A stretch of DNA of 64,000 bases from assembly GCF_037042905.1 (NCBI RefSeq), contig NC_087245.1:32552001-32616000 (forward strand), given 5' to 3'. The DNA comes from Lytechinus pictus (lineage: Eukaryota). Positions 35,501 through 47,681 of the stretch are shown here, in pieces. Below the pieces are notes generated by a model. The model ran no database searches. It was not told where the DNA came from and saw nothing but the letters and a program-made list of their open reading frames with translations. Made by a program: the position numbers and the translations under genes. Numbering within the stretch: the first letter of the stretch is position 1; each line of letters begins with the position of its first letter.

Positions 35501-37229
35501 ACTTTAACCTTCTATATTTTTTATGTTGTCAGTTTTTAAGGACCTTCTCCGCCCCCCCCTCCCCCCCCCCCCCCCCTATTGAAGGTGATTAATACCCTGC
35601 GCTATTATTTGACGTTATAAAGGGGAATCCAACCCAAATAAACACTTGTTTTTAGAGGAAACCATAAGAAAGTTGTGAATATAAAAGTTGTAAACATTGG
35701 TAATCAGTAATCACTATACCCATGAAGACTTCAAATTGACCGCATATGTGATGTCATAGTGATGTAAGGCAAGGACCACTCTTCCATGTACTGGAATAAT
35801 TAATTGGCTAAAATTTCTTTTTTCAAAAGTTTTACTTCAAATTATATCTTTCTTTCATGAGGACATAAAACATTATACTACCGGGTTTATACTACGGCCC
35901 CAATGGAATAGGAATTTAGGAGAAAATTAAAAATCCTAATAATTAAGTACAAGTCTTATGGGAAAGTTTTCCTTGCGGCATCATCCCTTGTCATAATTTA
36001 CTTACCCAGTTGCCAATTTGAATTCTACATACTAGTAGCCTTAAGGATCTTAATTTTAAAGCAGCCATAACTTCATTTTGCTTGTCCGATTTCTTTCAAA
36101 CTTTCACCATTCTTATTTTTCTCCTTTTCCATGCACATAACATTCTGACCAAGGCTGGATTCCCTTTTAACACTGAATATGAATCTTTACCCAAAATAAA
36201 TATTTGTGTCAACTTTTATGAGCACAGGCTGAAAACTGAGAAGTAGATTGATCCACAATGAGTTTTCCCCATATTTCTGGCTATATATGTGATTACCAAG
36301 GCAATGTACTCTCTGACAAATGCAAAAAAAAAATTCTTGCACATCTTTACCTCAAGGCCAATGTGTAAGCCATAATTATTTCATGAGAATTGGTTCAAAA
36401 CTGATGAAGCAGTTCAAATTGCAAGGTTTTTACCTAAATTTTGCCATATAATATGTTGTTTCCATGGCAACACAATTTCTTAAAAACACACAAAAAGTGC
36501 CTTGTACATCTTTACTTCAATACCAATGTGTGTGCCAAATTTCATGACAATTGATTGAAAACTGATGAAGCAGTTGGAATTGTAAGTTTTTTTCCCAATT
36601 TTCACCATATGATATGTTGTTACCATGGCAACAAGATTTCTGAACGACACACAAATATGTGTCTGAGACATCTTCACCTCAAGACCAATGTGTGTGCCAA
36701 ATTTCATGAGAATCGGATTAAAACAGAGGAAGTAGTTCTAACAGCAAGATTTTTACCTTATTTTTGCAATGATACACTGTTACCATGGCAACACAATTTC
36801 CAACACATGTAAAAAATATGTATCGCACATCTTTACCCCGAGACCAAAATATGTACATACACACCAACATTCAACCCCCTCCACCGTCACCCTTCGTCTT
36901 GTTAAGCATCTGCTTTCAGATATTTGGTGCATTGAGATGTGAGGACAAACAGAAGATCTGTTCAAAAAGGGTCTGAATTCAAGAACTAATCCAATGCAAA
37001 ATAATGCACTGCTATTGAGTTTTGCACTAGCGCTAGTCTATATATCAGCCAAATCTAGACTCATAAATTCGGACATTTTCACCCATTTTTTCACTGTTCC
37101 TGCAGCCAGATTTTTTGGAGCATACCCCATTCTTAATTCTTATACATAAACAAAGGTCTGGAGAAAAAATCACGCTTTTGTCCACCGTGTCCACAAGTAG
37201 GGCATTTTTGACGCTAACAGACCGGACTA
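32503..37229. mobile_element. Non-autonomous foldback DNA transposon, Academ-like, with TIRs of about 1 kb
   Basis: ata|tagtctggtctgttagcg ... cgctaacagaccggacta|ata. 32527-33500 is a near-identical reverse complement of 36190-37196. Inner inverted pairs at 34100-34330/35100-35340 and 34670-34750. Confidence 0.9.
35620..36166. mobile_element. Kolobok-like MITE nested in the foldback element
   Basis: taaaggggaatcca ... tggattcccttttaa. Confidence 0.65.
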
Positions 37230-37809
37230 ATATTACATAATGTAAGGAAGCCATTAGCGGGTACACTGTAAAATATATTGGGTAAAACTTTAAGCAGCAC
37301 GAGGGTAATCCAACCAATTCTGGGCAGTATTTTTACCCAATGCAGGAAGCATATTATCCGTTAAGGTTAAAAAATAAGGGGTCGGTGGCCAGGGGGGGGG
37401 GGGGGGGGGGGTAGCAAGAGCCAAAAATTTCCCGGTCATATCATGGCATGAACAGGCGTAATGGTGTTATGAGGCGACGATTTTGAGAAAGCCAGACATT
37501 GCGTATCAGGCAAAATTTGTCTTTAAAAAAAAAAAGTGCGAGCGAGCAAAAATTTTGACATTTTTAATACAAAACTCAAATTTTGTGATAGATTTTGACA
37601 TATTATCCAAAGAATAATATATTGTACTCTTCTCTCTTTCCATTCCCTTTTTAGGGTCTGCATGCCACTGTGAACATGACTCTTTGCGGCAGTAGCGTGA
37701 AGAGTAAAAAAAACGAGAGGCGCAGTATGGCGCATGTGCTAAAAAGCTGCTTAATATGAGTCCCGAGCACAAAGAATGCACAGGTCTGTACGAGAATTTT
37801 TATATTCAA

Positions 37810-39260
37810 CTAATTTAGTTCTTCATAAAATGTTCTTGGAGAATAAACTTATATATTTAATAGGAGATTTTGATATCAATTTATTAAAGGACAAGTCCAC
37901 CCCAACAATAAGTTGATTTGAATAAAAAGAGAAAAATCCAACAAGCATAACGCTGAAAATTTCATCAAAATCGGATGTAAAATAAGACAGTTATGGCATT
38001 TTAAAGTTTCGCTTAATTTCACAAACAGTTATATGCACATCCTGGCTGGTATGCAAATGAGGAGACTATGACATCATCCACTCACTATTTCTTTTGTATT
38101 TTATTATATGAAATATGAAATATTCTAATTTTCTCCTCATTGTCAAGTGATACAACAATTAATTCCTCCCTGAACATGTGGAATTAGCATTGTTTAATAC
38201 TATATGGTTCAGTCAAGTTGGTCCTTATTGTCAAATCTATAAGAAAATGAAATATTGTATAATTCAAACAATGAGAAACAAAAGAAATAGTGAGTGATGG
38301 ACATCATCGACTGAGTCACCTAGTTGTGCATATCACTGTTTTGTGAAAAATAAGCGAAACTTTTAACATGTCATAACTTTCTTATTTTACATCCGATTTT
38401 GATGAAATCTTCAGCACTATGCTAGTTTGATTTTTCTCTCTTTATTCAAGTCAGCATTTTCCTGGGGTGGACTTGACCTTTAAATGCCACGTCTTGCCAT
38501 AAAGCCAATGACTTTTTGAATATGCTGGTATCCTTTTCTATGTACCCATTAATTCATCACCCTACCAGGGTGACTGATCATTGTGTTTCTTTATTAGATA
38601 ACATTATTACAAATGATGTTACTAATAAACTAAATGGTGTTATTTTAATAGATATTACTGATCATTTTCTTGTATCTACTGTTCGTCATCATAAAATTAA
38701 ACAAGAAAAATATTTCATAAACAAAAGAATCTACAAGGAAAGTATTATAATGGAATTCAGCAAACGATTGCAAAATGTCAGATGGAATTTGAAATCAAAT
38801 GACCCTAATGTAAGTTACGGTTGTTTTTTTGTCTAAATTTATTCGTATTTATGATGAATGCTTTCCTTTTCAATAAGTAGATAGTAATACACGCAAACAT
38901 AAACCATGGATTGATAAAAATTTTATGAATGAAATAAATAAGAAATGAAAGTTGTATAAAAAGTCATTTAGAATACAAGTGAGTATAGGATAAGTGTCTA
39001 CAAACAGTACAGAAACAGGATTACAAAGGAAATTAAGAAAGCTAAATATGAATATTATAAAAATAACTTTTATAGTCAAAATAAGTGTAATCATGGTAAT
39101 AGCAAGTTGATTTGGAAGACCATTAATGCTGAACTTGATATGAAATCTGTTAAACAATCTGTTGATAAAATACACCATAATCACAAATAAAGAAGATATT
39201 TCTAATCATTTTAATGAATACTTTGTCAATATTGGTATGAATTTAACAAACAGTGTGCAA
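37810..39260 (+). pseudogene. Degenerate CR1/L2-group LINE EN and linker fragment, interrupted by a MITE
   Basis: YLIGDFDINLL|NAT..ANDFLNML...HPTRVT..LDNIIT..ITDHF, KPWI and FNEYFVNIG. Confidence 0.85.
37888..38479. mobile_element. TTAA-flanked MITE (Kolobok-like), family B
   Basis: ttaa|aggacaagtccacccca ... tggggtggacttgacct|ttaa. Confidence 0.9.
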
Positions 39261-42200
39261 TATACTACTACTAGTAAAGGTTGTGCTTACTTAGGGTTAA
39301 AATGCTAATTTGGGTGGCAAAGTTGTTACAAAATGTTTAAATATACCTCTTTTTTATTTCAATTGCCTTAAAATGCAAGAAAATGTATGAGAAATGTTCC
39401 GCACGGTTGGTTTGATTTCGCCCTTTTTCCTTGAAACAGCGTAAAAATTGGCATTTCTGCGAATGAAACCGATTCTGCGAGCTTTACAAAAATTGAGAGG
39501 GCTCACTCAAGTGTAAGATTCTGTCAAAACGTTTACTTTCATTTGATAGCTGAGACCCAATCCTATGTGAAAAAATTATCCCCATGTTGTATATTTATCA
39601 ATTCCCATGACATTTTCAAAGCGTAATATTTTTATTGATACGCACTGCATAAACATGATAAACAAGGTGTTCTTAGCCAATCAAAATTTGGGAAGGTTCT
39701 TAGATCTGACAATTTGTCAGACGACAAAATTTATGTTGATACAACGCTCTCCGGGATTCTGCACTGTTGTTAAGGTGGTTTATCAGAGTTAATATTATCC
39801 TGATTATTGTGCAATTATTATGAAGGAAATATATCGAAATGCATTTATCACTAATTATTTCTTTTAATATAAAAATTTCTTTAGGATTAATTGAATAAAA
39901 CAACATTGATTTATTATTTCCAACCGCGTATTCTAAACTGACAATTTTTTTTTCAAATAAATGTTTGCCTTAACAAAAACTTATAGGGGGGGAGCGACAG
40001 TAGCAATAATTGTAGGGAAAGGCAAGAAGGGGGCGAAATGGGGGAGATGGGGTAGGACCAAGAAGCAGACCGAAAGATGGCTGCAGGCATTTTTTATGGA
40101 AAAAAAGATGAGGGCGAAAGAGAGAGGGGGGGGGACCAAACCAAAATATATTTTGGTTATTCTTGTGGTTTATGTGAAAAAAAAATGAATGGATGAATTG
40201 AATTGAATATCTTTGAAAAATCTGTCCCGGAGATATGCTTCATATCCACAATTACGGAATGTGCTGAACAATATAACCGGTTTTCAGGTCAATATAAACA
40301 AAAATGAGCTCGTGCTTTGCTCTCATATTATTTCAGTGAGAAAAGTGTAATGTTCTGTTTTCAATTATACCTCCTCATTCCCCCTTTTCAGGTCAATATA
40401 TTACTGAAATTCACCTTGCGCTCACATTATTTGTTCAATGAGACATGTTCTGGATATATTTTTCAGGTCCATGATTACTTAATGTCCCGTTTTCTGGTCA
40501 ATGCCTCCAAAATATCAGCTCGCGTCGCGCCCATATTATTAATTTACTGAGGTAGGTATCATGTTCATAATTTCTGCAAATACTTCTAAAAAATATCAAT
40601 TTTAAAGGGGTATATCCAAAATTTTCAGGTCTCGCTTCGCGCTCGCATTATTTCTTTTACGAGATACAGTCCTGAAAATAAGATTTATGTTTCCGGTTTT
40701 CAGGTCAATATATATATATATTTATATATATATATGTATATGCTTCCGCATCACGCTCGTATTATTGAAATACGTATCATTTCATCAATATCCGCAAAAG
40801 CGTCATAAAAACAAACTGATCAATGGAAATGTGTTACATGTATCTAAGACAAGGTATATTGTAACTGTAACATAAATGGTATGCTTTGGATATGTTACAG
40901 TGTTGTTTAAATGTTGATTTATTTGTTACCTGGCAGTGTGTCACTATATGGTATGCCATATCCCTAAATTGTGGATTTTGGTACTGTTATTTGTTTTTTT
41001 TAAAGGGAGGGAAGGAACAAGGAGAAGGTTCAAAATTTATTAACATTTATCATGTAACTTTTTTTCTGTTTTGTGGTTAAGGTCCATTAATTCATCACTT
41101 TTACACCAATTTAATATCTATTTATTTTAATTCATGTTTCAAACTGTAGGAAAACAAATGGTTCACTGTTCATTAACATTTTGGTGTGAATTTTGGCTTG
41201 TTTCATGGTTTGCGTTTGTTTTTTGCACTTTTGGCTTGGGCTGTTTTTTTTTTGTATTTGAAGCCCTGAGCTGTGATATCTTGTGCGCCAGCGTGCTCTT
41301 GTTTGTTAGCTTTGCAATTTTTGTTTTTCTCTTTTTGCTTGTTTTTTTTCTTCTAATTATGTCAATTTTTCTTTCTATCACAGTTTACGATCTCATGCAG
41401 CTTCAAAATGATATTATACCCCAAAGAAACGTTTATTTGTATGTTGACAGTCATCTTGTTTCATGCAATCCTGTTATCCCCATATTCTGTAAGATCTTGT
41501 TTAATGGTAATAATATTTCACTATTATGCCCCACCCTAAAATTTTGGATCTAAAATTATGTACTTTTAATTGTCGAGGGATTCAAGATTATGTGAAAAGA
41601 CGTAAAGTGTTTCTTTATTTAAGATCCATCCAAAGTGACATTATTTTTCTTCAAGAAACCCACTCGTTAAAATCTGATGAAATATTTTGGAAACAGCAAT
41701 GGGGTGAAAAAGCATGGTTCTCTAGCTATGCATCAAATAGTCGAGGGGTAGCCATTTTGATCCGGAACCATGTATCCATGGAAATAATATCACTTTACTC
41801 TGATCCTAATGGGAGATACCTGATAACATCTGCAAAAAGTAAATGGGGTGCCCCTTATTTTAGTCAATTTATATGGTCCGAATAATGATGACCCTGACTT
41901 GTTTCTTCAAGTTTTTAGTAAGATAGAACAATTTAATTACACTTCAATGATTTGTGCTGGCGATTTTAATGCGGTTTTAGGGCCTCTGGACTATCAAGGG
42001 GGTAAGGTCACCCATTCAAACAACAAAGCAAGTGAAATGTTATTATTATTGATAGAATAGTTTAATCTTTGTGATATTTGGCGTAATTTTCACCCAAACC
42101 TTAAGCAGTATACGAGGCATCAAAAATCCCCTAAAGTTTTATTAAGACTTGATTTCATTCTTGTTTCAGATAATTTTGTCACTAATTGTGTGCAGTCTAA

Positions 42201-42940
42201 AATAGTTCCAGGAATTCAATCTGATCATTCTCTTGTTATTCTAAAATTTAAAGACGCTCAACCAGTAAGGGGTCCAAGCTTCTGGAAACTGAATTGCAAG
42301 TACTTGCACAATGATGTAAATTTTATCGAAAGTGTTAAAGAGAAAATTGAAGAGTTTAAATTAATTCATTCTGCAAGTGATTGTAACCCCAATATTTTAT
42401 GGGACTCTCTTAAATGTACAATTACCGGTACATGTATAGAATACTGTGCACGCAAAAAGAAAGAAAATAATTTAGCGAAAAGACATCTTTTGAAAGAAAT
42501 AGAAGATATAGATAATAAATTAAGTATTGATTTAGACAATGATGAGCTTTTTAAAGAAAAAGAGTTTTTACTGCAAGCATTAAATGACATCTTAGATGAA
42601 GAAACTCAAGGTTTATTTATTCGTTCTCGAATCCGATAGGCTGAAGAAGGAGAAAAGAGTTTCAAATATTTTTGTAATCTTGAAAAACGAATGGGAGAGA
42701 AGAAAAGAATTTTTAAATTAAAAAACAAAAACAATGATATTATTGTCAATCAACCCACAATATTGAAAGAAATTCATTCATTTTACGACACATTGTATAT
42801 GAAGCCATGCAATGCTGATAATTCAGATGAATCAAGTAATGTAATTAATCATTTTTTTGCAATCTATTGTAATTCCACAGATAAGTGATGTCGATAAGGA
42901 TTTTCTTGAAAAGCCTATTTCTAAAAAGGAACTATATGAT

Positions 42941-43128
42941 AATAATAATAATAATAATACACAGTTCTTGTATAGCGCATATCACAATTATGAATAATGT
43001 CTCTATGCGCTTCCAAAGGACTTGGATATTATTACCCCAGCTGTAGCTTGGCAGCCGTAATTACTAAGATTACAGCGCACACGCATTTCAAGGAATAAAT
43101 TCCTGCCAGGTACCCATTCACCTCACCT
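42941..43128 (-). mobile_element. 5'-truncated SINE with (ATT)n tail inserted in the Tx1 ORF2
   Basis: (aat)n tail, core aatgggtacctggcaggaa on the minus strand, tatgata on both flanks. Confidence 0.8.
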
Positions 43129-44159
43129 TACAAAATGGGTTAATGTCGATCTCTCAAAGAAATTATGATACACTGACATCAATGAAGCACAATAAATCAC
43201 CAGGTCTTGACGGCTTACCGGCAGAATTTTATATTGTATTTTGGAAGGATCTGTCTGATATGCTATTAGACTCATACAATTTTTCCTTACAAAATGGGTT
43301 AATGTCGATCTCTCAAAGAAATTGTGTTATTACTTTGATCCCCAAGAAGGATAAGGACACTTCCTATTTGAAAAATTTTAGACCTATATCTTTGCTCACA
43401 GTAGATTATGAAATCTTAGCCAAAACTCTTGCAAATCGTTTGAAAAAATGTCTCACATATTTGATTCACCCTGACCAATCCGGATTCCTAAAGGGCAGGA
43501 ATATTGGGGACAATACAGGTTAATTAATGATATAATAGAAAATACATAATTTAACCAAACTGCAGGTACAATTCTCCTTTTGGATATTCAAAAAGCTTTT
43601 GATAGTGTTTCCCATTATTTTCTTTTTCATGTATTAAAAAAGTTTAATTTTAGCGACAAATTCATTAAATGGATGAAAGTATTCTACTCTTCCAGGAGAA
43701 GCAATGTTACTAATTATGGACATTTGACTAACCCGATAAACATGGAAAGAGAATTTTTCAATGGTGTCCCATTTCCCCTTACTTGTTTTTATTAGTGATC
43801 GAAACAATGGCTCTTGCCATCAGACAAAATAAAAATATCAGTGGAATTCCAATTGAAAGTACATCTGCTGAACTGAAAATTTCTTTGCTAGCTGGTGATT
43901 CTACATGTTTTATTGATGGCTCTGAAAAATCCTTCAAATCATTATTTAACACAATTGATAATTTTTCTGAAAGTTCTGGTTGTAAACTCAATATTTCCAA
44001 ATCAGAAGCAATATGGATCGGATCTAAAAAGGGTTCACATTTAGCTCCATTTTCTGAGAATGGTTTGAAATGGAATAAATTTTCTTTTAAAACTTTGGGT
44101 ATACATTTTTCATTGAACACAAAACAATCATATGATCTTAATCACAAGGTGAAACTTAA

Positions 44160-44561
44160 AGCTAAATGATATAGTTGCAGTAAAACACTAATTTCGTGAG
44201 AAAGTCTGTAAAACCAAGTTTAAGTATGACTATATCATCGTGGATCTAGATCTGGTACAGTTAAATAAACTGAACTTTGTGAAATCATAAAATCTAAGCT
44301 GAAATACGATCACACTGAAGATCGCCAACAGCCCAACACAGATAGGCACACGTGGGACAGTGTATTATTATTGCTGGAATAAAGACCCTACGGAAGTGAC
44401 CGAATCCGCGCTTATTTTGCTTATTTCTCAGCAATTACACATTTTCTTCCAGAATCCTTTGGCACATATTTTTTATTCATACAAACAGACACTTGGGTGG
44501 TCATTATATTAGATTCTGTAAAAAGTCATTTTGAGATCGTTACCAGAACTGGAATTTACCT
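44160..44561. mobile_element. TTAA-flanked MITE (same family as 16957-17351) inserted in the Tx1 ORF2
   Basis: Removing it plus one TTAA restores KVKLK-SIESTLNCWRAR. Confidence 0.92.
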
Positions 44562-47533
44562 TTAAATCCATTGAAAGTACTTTAAACTGTTGGCGCGCTA
44601 GAAATTTATCTCTAGTTGGGAAGATCTGTGTCATATATAAAGACCCTATTGCTGACACAACTTCTTTATTTTTTTTCCGTTTTGTGTATCAAAGTACCCA
44701 AGAATTTGTAAGACAATTGAATACAATTTTGTTTAAATTTATATGGGGTGGTGGCAGTGATAGGGTCAGAAAATAATTTATATGCAATGAATTTATTGGA
44801 GGTAGCTTAAAAATGATTGATCCATATGCTTTCTCTGTGGCACAGAAAATGTCATGGGTCAAAAAGCACCTGGATGATAACTATGAAAGCTTGTGGAAAT
44901 CAATTGAAATGTCTACTTTAAGTAATTTTAATGATAAAAGTGATATTTTATGGAAATCCTATGCTCCTTTCAGTATTTTGAATAAATTTACATCCTGTCA
45001 ATTGGCTGAATCACTTCATACATGGTATATATTCAGAGAATATTTTGTTAAAACTGAATTCAATGTAACGTTTTCTTCAATAGGTTTTTGCCAGTGCATT
45101 TGGTTCAATAAGAATATCTGTTCAAAATCAAAGCATTATTTTTTGTACCAAGACTGGCTTGACAAAGGAATAGTTTATATTAGTGATTTGCTTAACCCTC
45201 CCCATCCTGGCCATAAACTCTTTATAGAACTTGTATTAGATTATGATATCAGTAAACAGGATAGGAGGAAATACAATTTTCTATTGAAAAATAAACCATC
45301 TGATTGGTTGGTCACATCCGACCTGTCCACAGATATGATATTTGACAAAATAAGAAACCAACTATTGAAAACTCACAAGGTCCCCAAATTTGCATATAGA
45401 GTTATATTAGAACCATGTCTTTCAGAAAAACAAATGACTTTTTGGAAAGACCTTGATGATACTGGTCAGGTCGGTTGGGAAAAAAATAATCTAAATAATT
45501 TCAAATGTACTATTAGAGTGCGCATTCGTTCTTTTTATTTTAAGTTATTTCACAGAGCAATAGGTTTAAATGATTTTTTGTATAAATTTAAAAGAAAAGA
45601 CTCCCCTAACAGTTCTCTTTGTAAAGCTGCCCCTGAAACGTATGTCCATCTGTTTATAGAGTGCCCTGTTGTTAAACCCATTTGGGTTGAAGCTATTAAG
45701 GCTATTGCTAAGAAAATTGATAAACTACAAACTGTCTCTATATTTGAAAAAATGTTTCGGGTTTTGAGTCTGACGAATTCCTAACTTTTTTGTTTCTCTT
45801 ACTTAAATATTATATTTATATATGCAAATTTCAAAATAAGCCACTAAGTTTTGAAGGTTATAAAGCCTTTATTGCTGTTAATAATAAACTTGAATATGGT
45901 ATTGTATTGCCCCCCAAAAAAAAAAACTTACCATGCATTTTAAGAAATGGAGATTTAACATATAAACACTGATATTGCTATTTAGCACATGAAATTTATA
46001 CATGTATCATGTGTACATTTCCATCTTCATATAAATTTACTTTATCATGTTTATGGGAGTGTTTATGTCTTTTTTTTTTTTAATGATTGTCTTTTCTTTG
46101 GGTTTTGCTTTTTAAGTGTAATGCTAATTTGGTATCTTATGCTGCAGTATCTATATTTTGGTGTTTAATACCCCTTTCATACTGCCCTCTTCATTTTTCA
46201 CCTGCGAACTTCGCCGGCGAACTTCTCCGCCTCGCATTCCTTACTTCCCCGGCGAAGAAAAAAATGTACCCTTTCGCACTGACATTTCTTCCCCGGCGAA
46301 AGTCAACGGGCGATTGCAGAACAAACGAAAGAAAATTGTAAACATTACTTCTTCCCTATTACAAAAAGGTATAAAAAAAAATAATTACAACACATTTTGG
46401 AAGTATTACGATAAAAACAAACAATATCACCTTGTTTTTATATTTTAGCGCATTTTATACATGTAAAAAAAATTATGTTCGAGGGTATCTACTTGGCCAT
46501 AGCATTCAGCTGAGCTTGCAACTATCGCGCGCGGAATCTCGGTACAGGGGACTTCGGGAGAGAAAAAAAAATGACCTCTGACGTCACCCTTTTTAGATCC
46601 GATCCATATTGCTTCTGATTTGGAAAATCAATAAAACATTTAAAAAAATGTATATATCCGCAAAAGCCCTTAAAATGTTTTGTTTTCAGTTCGATATATC
46701 AATACAAAAAATTAAGCTTTCGCTTCATGATCTCATTATTTATTTAATGAGAAAGGCCTACGTATACATCATGTTCATGATTTTGAAATAATACCATAAC
46801 AATTTCGAAATCCTTCTGATGGGTTTGGTATTAAACATTTTTTTCTGTTACAAAAAATGAAAAACAACTCTTATTCAATTCCATAACGTAAACAAGCAAA
46901 AAAAGTGTGTATATCATATCAATTGGTACAAAAATGAATAGCGGATTTCCAGATTTACACATATTGCAGCATCAATGAAAATATTGTTTAATCAAAACAA
47001 TTTTGAAGAAGTAACAAAACACATCGCAGATACCACACACACCCTACCCCCCCCCCTCACACACACACACACACACACACGCCAACGCACACAACCTGTC
47101 ATCAGTCGTCTGCTAGACGATGGTGGTAAAAAAGCATCAACTCCGTAAAAAAATAAAGAATTAAAAAATTATTCCCATTTTCTAAATAAAAATTCACTTT
47201 TAAAATTGAAACTTGATGAATAAAACTATTTTCATCATAGTAGGGGTAATGTATTTCATGATATAATCACCCGCACAAATAAAATTACTTTATGATTCTT
47301 GAGAAAATGTCATTTTTGTTCTTCTGCAATTTACTTTTACATTAACGCGACAAACTTGAAGAAGCTGCTTGTCTGGAACGTCATGAAGTAAAAAAATGAT
47401 AATAAAAACAGTCACCGATATCTTTTCTTCCATTGTTCTGCTTTTATAAAGACCAACTTATCGCCAGGGTGATCTTTCCCTTTAACTTCATTTTCATGAG
47501 ATCCCACAATTTCAGCCAACTCTTGATGATCTG

Positions 47534-47681
47534 GGATCCATTTCATAAAAACTCATTACAATTTTTTTTTTTACAATAACAGTTAAAAGCTACTGAAATC
47601 CATTTATCTGATTGGCTGATGGTAAATTTGTTATAGAAATTGTGCATTTGTTATCATAACAAGTCTTTGTGAAACGGGACC
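47534..47681. mobile_element. Small Harbinger-like MITE with CTG flanks
   Basis: ctg|ggatccatttcataaa ... tttgtgaaacgggacc|ctg. Confidence 0.65.

Larger units (their letters stand above)
41526..45970 (+). pseudogene. Decayed full-length ORF2 of a Tx1/L1-clade LINE (EN, RT, zinc knuckle)
   Basis: TFNCRG, FLQETH, SRGVAIL, NLYGPN, GDFN, SDHS, WKLN, KSPGLDG, NFRPISLL, DIQKAFDSV, LLAGDS and ETYVHLFIEC. Several stops and frameshifts, plus two insertions. Confidence 0.95.

Noticed and set aside
41134..41553. Hydrophobic 139-aa ORF as a membrane protein or Tx1 ORF1
   Set aside because: It is T-rich low-complexity sequence upstream of ORF2, with no ORF1 motifs.
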